A DNA stretch of 64,000 nucleotides. Source: Auanema rhodensis (lineage: Eukaryota; Animalia; Nematoda). This document shows, piece after piece, positions 1 to 11,206 of the stretch (positions are counted from its first letter, which is position 1; each line of letters opens with the position of its first letter). The notes under the pieces were generated by a model. It made no database searches. It was not told the origin of the DNA and saw only the letters and a list, made by a program, of their open reading frames with translations. The stretch covers positions 13,702,001 through 13,766,000 of the forward strand of contig OZ059895.1 in the NCBI GenBank assembly GCA_964057225.1, read 5' to 3'. A program made the position numbers and the translations under genes.

Positions 1-1727
1 AGTTGTCGAGCACTTACGTAAGGATACCTTCATGTTCAATTCAATCGCTGTGTTATGATTTCACTATCGAGTACTTGCGTAAGCATTTAAACTTATTTCA
101 TATCTGAATGTTCATATCTTGCATCTAAGACATCTAACTCTTTCTAGTTTCAAGCATAATTAACAAACAATGACATGATACTTTTGTTGTTGAAATTAAC
201 TTCAAATCCCAAACATATTCGTTAATGGGTATGCGCGCAAGTGTTCTGCTGTGAACTTACGCAGTAGTTGTCGAGCACTTACGTAAGGATACCTTCCAGT
301 TCCATTCAATTGCTGCGTTATGATTTCACTATCGAGTACTTGCGTAAGCATTTAAACTTATTTCATATCTGAATGTTCATATCTTGCATCTAAGACATCT
401 AACTCTTTCTAGTTTCAAGCATAATTAACAAAGAATGACATGATACTTTTGTTGTTGAAATTAACTTCAAATCCCAAACATATTCGTTAATGGATATACG
501 CGCAAGTGGTCTAATGTGAACTTACGCAGTAGTTGTCGAGCACTTACGTAAGAATACCTTCCAGTTCCATTCAATTGCTGCGTTATGATTTCACTATCGA
601 GTACTTGCGTAAGCATTTAAACTTATTTCATATCTGATTGTTCATATCTTGCATCTAAGACATCTAACTCTTTCTAGTTTCAAGCATAATTAACAAAGAA
701 TGACATGATACTTTTGTTGTTGAAATTAACTTCAAATCCCAAACATATTCGTTAATGGATATACGCGCAAGTGGTCTAATGTGAACTTACGCAGTAGTTG
801 TCGAGCACTTACGTAAGAATACCTTCCAGTTCCATTCAATTGCTGCGTTATGATTTCACTATCGAGTACTTGCGTAAGCATTTAAACTTATTTCATATCT
901 GAATGTTCATATCTTGCATCTAAGACATCTAACTCTCTGTAGTTTTCAAGCATAATTAATAAACAATGACATGATACTTTTGTTGTTGAAATTAACTTCT
1001 AATTCCAAACATATTCGTTAATGGGTATACACGCAAAGGATCTAGTGTGAACATACGCAGTAGTTGTCGAGCACTTACGTAAGGATACCTTCCAGTTCCA
1101 TTCAATTGCTGCGTTATGATTTCACTATCGAGTACTTGCGTAAGCATTTAAACTTATTTCATATCTGAATGTTCATATCTTGCATCTAAGACATCTAACT
1201 CTATCTAGTTTCAAGCATAATTAACAAACAATGACATGATACTTTTGTTTTTGAAATTAACTTCTAATTCCAAACATATTCGTTAATGGGTATACACGCA
1301 AAGGATCTAGTGTGAACATACGCAGAACTTGTCGAGCACTTACGTAAGGATACCTTCATGTTCCATTCAATCGCTGTGTTATGATTTCACTATCGAGTAC
1401 TTTCGTAAGTATTTAAACTGATTCCATATCTGAATGTTCATATCTCGCATCTAAGAAATCTAACTCTTTCTAGTTTCAAGCATAATTAACAAACAATGAC
1501 ATGATACTTTTGTTTTTGAAATTAACTTCTAATTCCAAACATATTCGTTAATGGATATACGCGCAAAGGATCTAGTGTGAACATACGCAGTAGTTGTCGA
1601 GCACTTACGTAAGGATACCTTCATGTTCCATTCAATCGCTGTGTTATGATTTCACTATCGAGTACTTGCGTAAGCAATTAAACTTATTTCATATCTGAAT
1701 GTTGATATCTTGCATCTGAGACATCTT
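1..1727. repeat. Tandem satellite array, 265-bp unit, about 6.5 copies visible (continues off the left edge)
   Basis: The anchor agttgtcgagcacttacgtaag recurs at 1, 266, 531, 796, 1062, 1327 (variant acttg) and 1592, giving a period of 265-266 bp. Units are near-identical. The last unit is truncated at about 1727. Confidence 0.98.
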
Positions 1728-2275
1728 AGATATGAACAATATGATAAGAAATAAGTATAAATGCTTACTACTCTAGTACTCGACATTGGAATCGAGAGAC
1801 AGCATTTAAATAGATAAAGAAAATAATAAAATATGTAAATCAAATATATCTTGATGTTGATGTTGGTTAATTTTGTTTGAAAAGTAGAAAGAGATTGTTG
1901 CCTGAGATCCAAGAAAAGATAAATCGAAAAGCCTCCTTACGTTAGTTCTCGACAACGAATGCGTAAGTTAAGAGAGATATTATATAGAGAAATGACATTT
2001 ACAGGTGTGCTCAAAAACGAATTTGTAGGTGTAGTAATATGCCAATACTAAAAATAAAAGTATATACTCGTTTATTGTTAATAATGCTGCAGTATTTCAT
2101 AGTATATAAAGTGGGAACGATTTGCTACGAAATTAGAATCATAGTCATGTACTCGACAATGAATGCGTAAGTTAACAGTAATATTATAGAGAAAGAACAG
2201 TTACACGCGTATCCGACAATGAGTGTTATGGCATATTATTAGGTGAAAACAAAAGTATCTGTTCCCTGTTAGCAT
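1728..2275 (-). repeat. Inverted, degenerate copies of the 265-bp satellite unit
   Basis: 1728-1810 (agatatgaacaat...aaataagtataaatgcttac...agtactcgac) is the reverse complement of the satellite segment just before it. tccttacgttagttctcgacaacgaatgcgtaagtt (~1934-1969) and ctcgacaatgaatgcgtaagtt (~2152-2173) match the reverse complement of aacttacgcagtagttgtcgagcacttacgtaagga. aacaaaagtatc (~2248) matches the reverse complement of gatacttttgtt. Confidence 0.8.
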
Positions 2276-2452
2276 ATTTATTTTTTAGGCTGCGAATCTG
2301 TTGCTAATAAATGGTCTAGTGGAATAATATTCTTGATTTGTGTATATTTGTTTTAACACTTCATTAACTTGCGGATTATATTATTGTTATAAAGATTTAA
2401 AAACTCTGGAGCAAACTCTTTGAAAAAAATAATGTTATGTCATGGCTAGGAA

Positions 2453-4089
2453 TTAATTTTCTTCGAAAACATTTCCAGAGATACCCATTTTTTTAGCCAA
2501 AATGTGAAGCTTACAGTAGTCTTCGTCGGATAATGGAGGTATCTAAATTATTGTTTTGTGTTGGATAAGAAAAAAACTCAATTCATTTGAACATACTTTA
2601 ATATTTTTCAGTTTATCTATTGATAAGAACGAATCTTTTTGAGAATCTTCAGATTTACAATTTACTGCAGCTGATATACATTCCAGTGGTATTTCAATCT
2701 TAGGAAAAAACTAGTAAAGTAAAAAAAAATATAAAAGGATACCTTTGTAAATAAGCTTTCGATGGTTTTTTCAGTATTTCCAATAATATCATGATGCCAT
2801 ATAATGGGATGACAGTAGTGAGATATATTTTTCTCATAGAATGATAGTGGAGAGGCATACACGATAGCAGAGAGATGCTGAGATATAAGAAGAAATATAA
2901 AACAAATATTATTGTTAACTCACTCTTATGTTTTCAGGCTGGCATAAACGTATATGTTCACCTTCCATAGCAATTAAATTGCTGATGAATCTAGCGAGGC
3001 TTGGTATTTTCTTATACAGATTAAGTAAATACCAGTTCATAACCTCCTCTCTGAAAATATAGGATTCAAGTGATACCACATAATAAAATTTTTGTACCGT
3101 CGTACTACTCTCTCAACTGAGGTCAAGCCATTTTTACGAAACATAAAAAAATGTTTCAGATTCGTTGTTTTTGCAGAATACGGAACTAATCGAGCCTCTC
3201 CAGAAGTTGTCTTCAGAACACAAATTTCATTTGAAGGAATATGTGTTCTCAAACAAATGATAGTAGCGTTCACAAGAGATTCTAATGCCTATAATATGAT
3301 TTTTTTTCAGATTAGATGGTTATATTCACTTCGCTGGAAAGTATTTTTTCGTTATCCATAATAGCTAAATTACTGAGTGCATGGGGCTCACCGAAGCAAG
3401 TAGATTTTCCGTCATGATTTAGCATTTTCGCCATTAATGTTGAACCACAGCGAGCAGTATTCGTGAATAATATCTAAGTTTCTAAGATAATTATCTAAGA
3501 TAATATTAGCAATTTTACAGTTTTTGGTTGCGGCTTCTGCTCAAGGGTACGAGCAAAGTGTATAAAATCAGAATGGCTTAATTGGGCAACTTTTAAAGCC
3601 TTAAAAATCATTATTATAGAAACATCTTCATAAGTGTTTCGATTTTGCTTACATCTTTGTGAACAGGTTCAAACATAAAAGGGTATTTAGCAATGCTGTA
3701 GTGCGAGATTGGAAATTTAAGATATACAAAGGTGACAGTTGCCTAGAAAGAGCAAACAGTTACAGGAGAGAAAAAATATAACCTCATCAATACAGTAGAG
3801 ATGCCAATTCGGATGATCAAGATCGTCTGGGTTTTCTAATGATCCTGGTGCTAACATAAAATCTGTGGCTCTTGAAATTTCTTCCGGGTCAATTTTGAAT
3901 CTATAAAAAATTTTTCGAACCCTCATGCTACCAGAAGGAATGTGTCCGAAAAAAATCTTAAATAAATATTATACGATTTCTACATTTAACAATTACCTTC
4001 ACAAAGAATTCATATACATAGATCAGCATTAAATATATAAAGTAAATGAAGAGCGTTAGAAATACGGTTATGTACTTCAGGACATCCAT
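2453..4089 (-). CDS. Type II membrane sulfotransferase-like protein (P-loop, PAPS-binding motif), about 10 exons
   Basis: Spliced by hand with GT-AG introns into a continuous ORF: MDVLKYITVFLTLFIYFIYLMLIYVYEFFVK (TM anchor)...HPNWHLYCIDE...ILFTNTARCGSTLMAKML...GEPHAL...HFFMFRK...EDSQKDSFLS...GNVFEEN*. TARCGST resembles the 5'-PSB loop of sulfotransferases. Confidence 0.75.
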
Positions 4090-6379
4090 TACAGCTTGTT
4101 TCAGCAGTATCGACAAGAGAACCCGGTGAAGACTTATATAGTTGTAATAACACGATTACTAACACGTTGCCTTAGATACAAATCATTCATAGAAAAATTA
4201 TATTTCATACGGTCAATAAACGATATTTTGCGTACTATTTATGTATATATAGAGGAGGACGGTAGTTAGTCTCGCAGGTTTTTATGTTCTGTTTGAAGGC
4301 TCCTAGCGAAATGGTTGAAAAAAGCTGTATTCGTAGTGTATAAGAAAAAGTTTCTTTACAATATTCATAATAAAACCAGGCACCGTTAATAGATAATAAT
4401 TATTTGTTTCAGTTATTACGTCCTGAGATGCGTTTGAAACTGAAGCAGAACTAAATCAAATTGGTCAATCAGTCCTGTCTTAATGAAATTGGGATTAAAC
4501 AATATCTAAATTTTATGTCAGCATACGTAATTTGTTCATGCACACATCGTCTTACTCAAATCGAGATCACACAATGAAAAAGATCTCGCTATTGTATCAG
4601 ATTATGGCTGCTGTAAAAATGAAAATTGGCCAGGAGCTGCACAATAACGTAGCTTTCCATAGGAAAAGAAGTATCAATATTTGCATGAATAAGCCCAACG
4701 TCCCAAATCGTAGAGCTTTATGGATAATCAATAGTTGTTCTATTCCGGTAGCGTTTAAAAAAAGGGTCTCGAAAACTTCTTACATGGAAAAAGCAATTTC
4801 TTAGCCAAAGGAAGGTAGCTTGCCAAGGTAACCATTAGTTCTCACTTCACATAATTTGCATGTAGCTGATATTGTTTTTTTTTGTGGAAATTTGTTCATA
4901 CGACATTATCACAAAACGGAGATTTATGCAGTCATAAATTTTTTTCAAATCTTCGAAAAAATAAAATGTTCATGTTCAATCAATTCTTTGATTCTTGATA
5001 GGTATACAGTTCCAAAACAATTTTATCACTTTTATTACGGTTTAAAATGTTTTGAATTGACGACAATATTTTACGTACATGTTATGAAGTAGACGTCTTG
5101 AATATTATTTAAAGATCAGTGTTTGCATTACATTCAAATATGATCGGTATTCGAACAAACGTACTCTGAATAGCTCCCCAATTAGATTAAATTTTTTAAT
5201 CTGTGGGAATACAATCAATCTCGAATAATGTTGGCTGTATTTAAGAACTCGATTAATTGCAGGGAAGTATACCGAATTAAACCTATAGATGGGATCAGGC
5301 CTGTTTTTTTTAACACTTTTTGATGTATTTTTGGCCTTAATATTTGTTTCATTTAAAGTGATCAAATTTGTCATAATTATTTATTTCTAAAGAATATAAG
5401 TACTTGATATTACCCCCGATTTTCACCCTAAGTATGAGTTAGTTGATTAATTAAATACGTGCAACAGGAAGGACAATATAATGAGGGGGTGGCAGACTAC
5501 AATAGAGCTGCATAATTTTTATGAAATGCAAATCTAACTTAGTTATTAGAAAAATTGGCAGTTTTTAAAATCGAAACATTTGTTGAACATTTAGATGAGA
5601 AATAGATGGGAAATAGAAAATAATACAGTTGTAGAGTATATTTGATGAAAAAGTACTATATATTATTCATTGCTCAATATTTTCTTTTGACATCAAGATT
5701 GAAATGTCGACAATTTCTTTCTAGTTTAGCCTTGAACTGTGTTTTTTTGATCGGCCGTTTGTATATACCTATCTTTTTATTGATTTTTTCAGTGTTTTTA
5801 CCATTGATATGTAGTGTTTATGATCTTAACTTAATATTTTCAAATTATATTATTAAGTGCCTATGCTCTGTTTCAATATATATTCTAAAAATATGGCAAA
5901 TGTTTAAGGAATATATGCTTTGACTATCTGAAAGAAGTTATCCGATGGTGCTTATTTTTATATATAGTTGCTGTCATTTGAACCAAAATTGAAAAAAAAA
6001 TTTTTTTTCCAAAGAATTTTTTATATTTAAAAACACAAATTTGTTAATGTTATAATTTAATTATTGATAAGATTCTACAATATTGATCAAATAACATTTA
6101 AAAACCAATGAAAAATTTCAATTATATTAAAAATTCTTAAATCATCCTCAAAATTATTGCTCAAAATTGGTTTCTGCTTTTACATTTTCTTATTCATATG
6201 TTGACCACCTGCCCCGATCCGCGTTTACGATTTGCTGTCTAGTTTCTCTAGTGTAATAAGAAAGCTTTAACATCTGCTTCTCTTCGTCTTGTCTATCACA
6301 TTCAAGTTTTCAGTTGATGTTCCAAATTTAAAACAATATTTAGTTGCTATTGTCATATATTTTAAGACTCAATCTCAAC

Positions 6380-9300
6380 ATGTCGGTTAATAGTTTAGGT
6401 GTGAAAGCACCTAAACTTAATACCACTGGTGCACGAACTCCCAATGCCAGAGAGCCGCACATAGATTATTCCTTATACCCTCCATTCATGAAGCAGGTAC
6501 AACGCAATTTTTTCTGGCATTCATATTCTGCTGTATTCTAGGTTGAAGCCAAACTACCTGATTATGAAAGAGAAGGAGACGTTGAGTATCCTTTTGAGGA
6601 AACCACAGGTGTTGGTGATGAAAACAGGTAAGTCCAAGCCTTTTAGTGTAATTCATTTTTTTCGCGCAGACGATTTTGTATGAGTTTTTTTTACAGAATT
6701 CGTGGAAATTGGAGCTCTAAGTCAGATTATTTATTAGCAGCGGTTGGCTTTACCTTTGGCCTTGGTGAATAATTTATTTTTTATTTTTGTAATATATATA
6801 TTTTTGAAGGAAATTTGTGGAGGTTTCCTGTCTTGGTTTTTCAATATGGAGGAGCTGCATTTTTTATTCCATACTTAACACTACTGATTGCTGCTGCTTT
6901 ACCTATTTTTTTCATGGAAGCTGTAAGAATTAATTTTAATGTTCTATTTCAATTACTATTTAAGGTACTTGGTCAATTTTCTTCTTTAGCTGCAATTTCT
7001 GTTTGGAAAGTTGTTCCTCTATTCAAGGTTCTAATTTTTCTTTCCATAAATTTTATATACTTTACATATGCTGTATTATTTAATTTTTAGGGAATTGGAA
7101 TATCTATGGTTTTAATCAGTTGTGTTCTTGCTATATACTTAAATATTGTATCTTCTTGGTCATTATTCTACTTCATCAACTCGATCAGTTTTTCCCTGCC
7201 TTGGAGCAACTGCGAAAATTCGTGGAGTGGACTAAGTTCTTTTAATAGGCATTATTTCAAAAATGGCGTTATTGCTTCAGATTGTACCATAGGAACACGC
7301 ATAACATGCACCGCTATGAACGGCACACTTCTTGTTAATGGGTCTTGTATAGTTCAACAAGTATTGATAACCAAAGTCTGATATATTTTATTTATTTTCC
7401 TTATTTAGGCTAATTCAACTGTGAGCGTTATGACTTTGCCAGATCAACAAACTATTCCTAGTTTACGCTATTTTCAGTAAGCTGCTATTCGTTAACAATT
7501 CACTTTGTCCAATTTAAGTAATGATGTCCTCATGCTCTCCTCAGCTTTTGATGAAATAGGAACACTTAATTGGTATTTGGGAATATGTGTTTTAGTGTCA
7601 TGGATAACAGTATTTCTGTGTTTGTTTCAAGGAGTGAAAAGTAGTGGAAAAGTATATTTGGATTTAATAGGCAATGACAGTTCATATATGTTTAGGTTGT
7701 GTATGTCGTGGTTTTACTACCTTTTATAATTCTTGCTGTCATTCTTACTCGCCTTCTTACACTGGATGGCTCAGTGGTAGCACTACTGCATTTCTTAAAG
7801 CCTGATTGGAGTGTTCTTAAAGATTTGAAAGTAATTATTGACTACGTTCCTAATGAAAGTTAACATTTGAGGTATGGGGTGAAGCAGCTGTTCATGCCTT
7901 TTACTCTGTATCTGTATGTACAGGTGGCATTACAACTTTATCAAGCTATAATCGTTTTCATAATCAACTGTTTAAGTAAAATTTGAAATATGGAGAATTA
8001 TATAGCTTTTTCAAACTTTCCAGGGATATTTGGATTATTCTTATTATTGATTTGCTAGCATCAGTTGTAAGTTGTGTTTTAACCTTTTCTGCTATTGGTT
8101 TCACGTGTTATGAGTTCTCCATTGCGCTCGATAAGTTTCACATTAAAGGTATTTAACATTATGCCTCGAATTCTTATATTTTGAACTTTTTATTTTCAGA
8201 TGGATTTCACCTAGTTTTCGTTTTCTTGGCTGAAGCACTTGCAGGCGTACCTGTCGCTCCTTTGTACACAGGGCTATTCTTTCTGATGCTTCTCCTAGTT
8301 ATTCATTCAACCCAGCTCTTTGTTGTAAGCTATTTTGAAGACTGATTCGTTTATATAACTGTTTACGTTACCTTTGTAGGTAGAAACAATAGTTTCATCA
8401 ATATGTGACGAATTTCCTGAGCGTTTACGAAAAAATCGTCGTCATGTGCTCACATCTGTGTGTGCTTCATTCATTCTATTGAGCATCCCGTTTTGCTTAT
8501 CAGTGAGTCTATCACTGAACGTTCAGCTATTCAACATTAGTTTTAAAATTTCAGTCAGGTTTGTATTGGCTCTTGTTACTGTCTAAGTTCACTATAACGT
8601 GGCCTCTTGTTGTCTTAGCCTTCTTAGAATGCATGGCTATTAGCTGGGTAACTTTTAATAAGCCAAATATTTAGCTCTAACCTTTGTTCAGGTTTATGGT
8701 GTTGATAATTTGCTCGATAATATTAAATGGATTACTGGAAAATATCCGCCTTGTTATGTTTTTTGGAAGTTGTTATGGAAATTTTTTTGTCCAATCACAT
8801 ACTTAGTAAGTATCCTTGATTTGACAAAAAATAAAGTTTCACGTTAAGGCTATTCTTTGTTTTTTGTGGCTAGAATGGCAGTCTCTCAGCTATGATGCCT
8901 ATGTATTTCCGTACTGGTCGATGCTTCTTGGCTGGGCTATTAGTATTTTCCCAATGTTGTTTATTCCTCTCACGGCCTTCTATCAATTATTCAAAGCGCG
9001 TGGAAACTTTACGCAGGTTCGCCCACTTGTGAAATTACATTCTCTTTTTTTCTTTTTTTGGAAGTGGCAAAGTGTTTTAAATCCGGATGATGCCTGGGGA
9101 CCTGCTTTAGCTATTCATCGTGCAGAACAGTTTCCTCTGCAAATACCTGAAGCTCGTCGTTTACTTATACCACCTGAAGTTGAAATTCCAGGAAGTCCTT
9201 CACCTGTAACTTTTCTTTTTTATGAGTACTTCTATGTTTTAATTGCAGTTTCTAGCAAAGGATGATGAAGATGCCGCTCGCAGTGAGAGCGCTTCAGCTG

Positions 9301-9392
9301 ATCCAAAATCAACGAAAGCAACAGTGAATTGTAGAAGCATTGCTGCAACTGTTAATAGTTTACCAAGTTTTGAGCGTGAAACGGCTATTTAA
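6380..9392 (+). CDS. snf-6: SLC6 sodium:neurotransmitter symporter, ortholog of the acetylcholine/choline transporter SNF-6
   Basis: Spliced ORF MSVNS...[49 protein letters not shown]...GLGNLWRFP...[28 protein letters not shown]...PSFERETAI*. It closely matches C. elegans SNF-6 as recalled, including the C-terminal PDZ ligand ETAI. Confidence 0.95.
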
Positions 9393-9762
9393 AAGCATAA
9401 TAATATATAATATAGTTATCTTCGAATTGATAGTACATATAATGTTTCTCAATTATAATAAGTCAGTATTGTTGCTTCTTATCGGGTAACGCTTATTTTT
9501 TTATTTTTTCATATCGATTATCTGATCAATCAATTGAGATCAGCCAAGGTCTTGTTCTCTCGCAATGTTGTTTAGCTTTACTAATTTCCTACGATTTCAA
9601 CTGTCATATCAGTATTAATAAGATTAATAATTTAAATATTGCATTAATAAGATATTCGAATTATTTTTTTCATTTTGAATTGCTGGAGGTACAAACATAT
9701 CCTTTGAAAATTACATCAAATTATGTTTTTACCAATAATATTAAGAGTCATGTTTTAGATTC

Positions 9763-11206
9763 ATGGAACAGTTTGATACTGAATGGGAGGCTTTAAGAAA
9801 GGAACTTCTTGAATCAGAAGTGACACAGAACATTGTTTGTAATTACGTTTGTTTCCTATTTCCAGAAAGAGCATGATGCCTACATTCATAAATTGAGTGA
9901 AATATCACAAATACAAGAGTCCAGATTGAAAGCTATTAAGCATTTGAATTATCAAATTGGTAATCTTAAGGAACTTCTCTCTAGGTTTTTTCACTATTCA
10001 CTGCGTACAAAAAATAATTTTAGTGCTGAATTAACAGCTACATCAAATGATGTCCAAGAAATAGACAAATACAAGAAAGAAATTTCTGAAGCTCGTTTAC
10101 GGCTCAAAATGATGCAGTCTGAGCTTCCAGTAGACAATCTTGGATTTTACCTCTCCTTGATTCTTGGTTTTTTCTTCTATTAATACTTTCAAAGATTCAT
10201 ATATATTTAGGGCATAATTTGAATCTGTCGATCCTGACCGCTAATGGTCGATTTAAATATAAACAAGTAGGCTATTCTATCTAGTGTACAGTTTATGAAC
10301 CTCGCATTAGGATTACGAGTCTTTCAAATGGAAAGTAACTATTACATTCTTGGTATGGACAGTAATTGCCTTACTTTTCCCGATGCGACCAATTGACTCT
10401 ATAGGAAATTTCCTCATGGTTTGGTTTGTTTATAATCTAAATGAATACTATTTAATTTTCCCTTTCAAGGTATTATTGTACTCTTACCATTCGTGAAAGT
10501 ATATTGAGAATTAATGGTTCACGGTGGGATATGGTCTCGTTTCATTATACTTGTAGTGTGTTTCAGAATTAAAGGTTGGTGGGTAGCCCATCACTACATT
10601 TCCTGTGTCCTCTCGGGTATTGTTCTGATATGGAAAGAAGGCGAATGCTATCAAGCTTTCAGAACTCAGTTTATAATTTTTGTCGCTTACATTGGTATCG
10701 TTCAATTACTCCAGGTAACTCCGTCCACTTATGATCGTTATGACTTCAATATTTAGAATCAATATCAATCTGGCTGCTTGAGGCGTTTACATGCTCTCGG
10801 ACAAGGCCATCAAATGGACGTAACCTTAGAAGGCTTTACTTCAGCTATGTTCAAAGGATTAACTTTTCTTCTCCCATTCTTGATGTTTGGTTATGTACGA
10901 TTACCTAGTTTACAACTCTTTAGCTGATTAAATATTTTAGTTCTTCCAATTATTTAATGCCTACACCTTATGGCAATTGTCATATCAATGTCCCGGACAG
11001 TGGCAGGTAAACACTTACAATCTGTTCTCATAATGTTTTTATCATTACTACAGGTTGTTGCTTTATTTTACCTGTTTCTCATGGTAGCCTGCGGCAATAT
11101 TTTTACAACGAGTTTGGTTATCTGGAAAAAATTTCGAAACTCGGGTTCTTATTCCAATCTTCTAAAGATGACCGGAAACTATCGTATGAGAAATAAATCC
11201 CACTGA
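9763..11206 (+). CDS. tmem-120: TMEM120/TACAN (TMPIT) family membrane protein
   Basis: Coiled-coil N-terminus, then [12 protein letters not shown]...[75 protein letters not shown] acceptor lies 4 nt before the ATG. Confidence 0.93.

Noticed and set aside
1-1727. CRISPR-like array or coding repeat
   Set aside because: Whole 265-bp units repeat with no unique spacers, the context is eukaryotic, and no ORF spans the units.
3381-3391. ATGGGGCTCA resembling the RNase MRP 3' motif
   Set aside because: It lies in a coding exon (GEPH) of the minus-strand sulfotransferase-like gene, and the matching 5' GAAAGTCCCC motif is absent.
4300-6300. Short ORFs and scattered CTGTTTCA-like words as a transposon relic or piRNA cluster
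   Set aside because: No transposase motifs or terminal repeats are visible, and motif density is no more than expected in AT-rich DNA.
9017-9064. Possible non-canonical GG acceptor or retained in-frame intron in snf-6
   Set aside because: A canonical AG at 9063-64 (GAAG, a type used elsewhere in this window) keeps the frame at the cost of one Lys, so no unusual splicing is needed.
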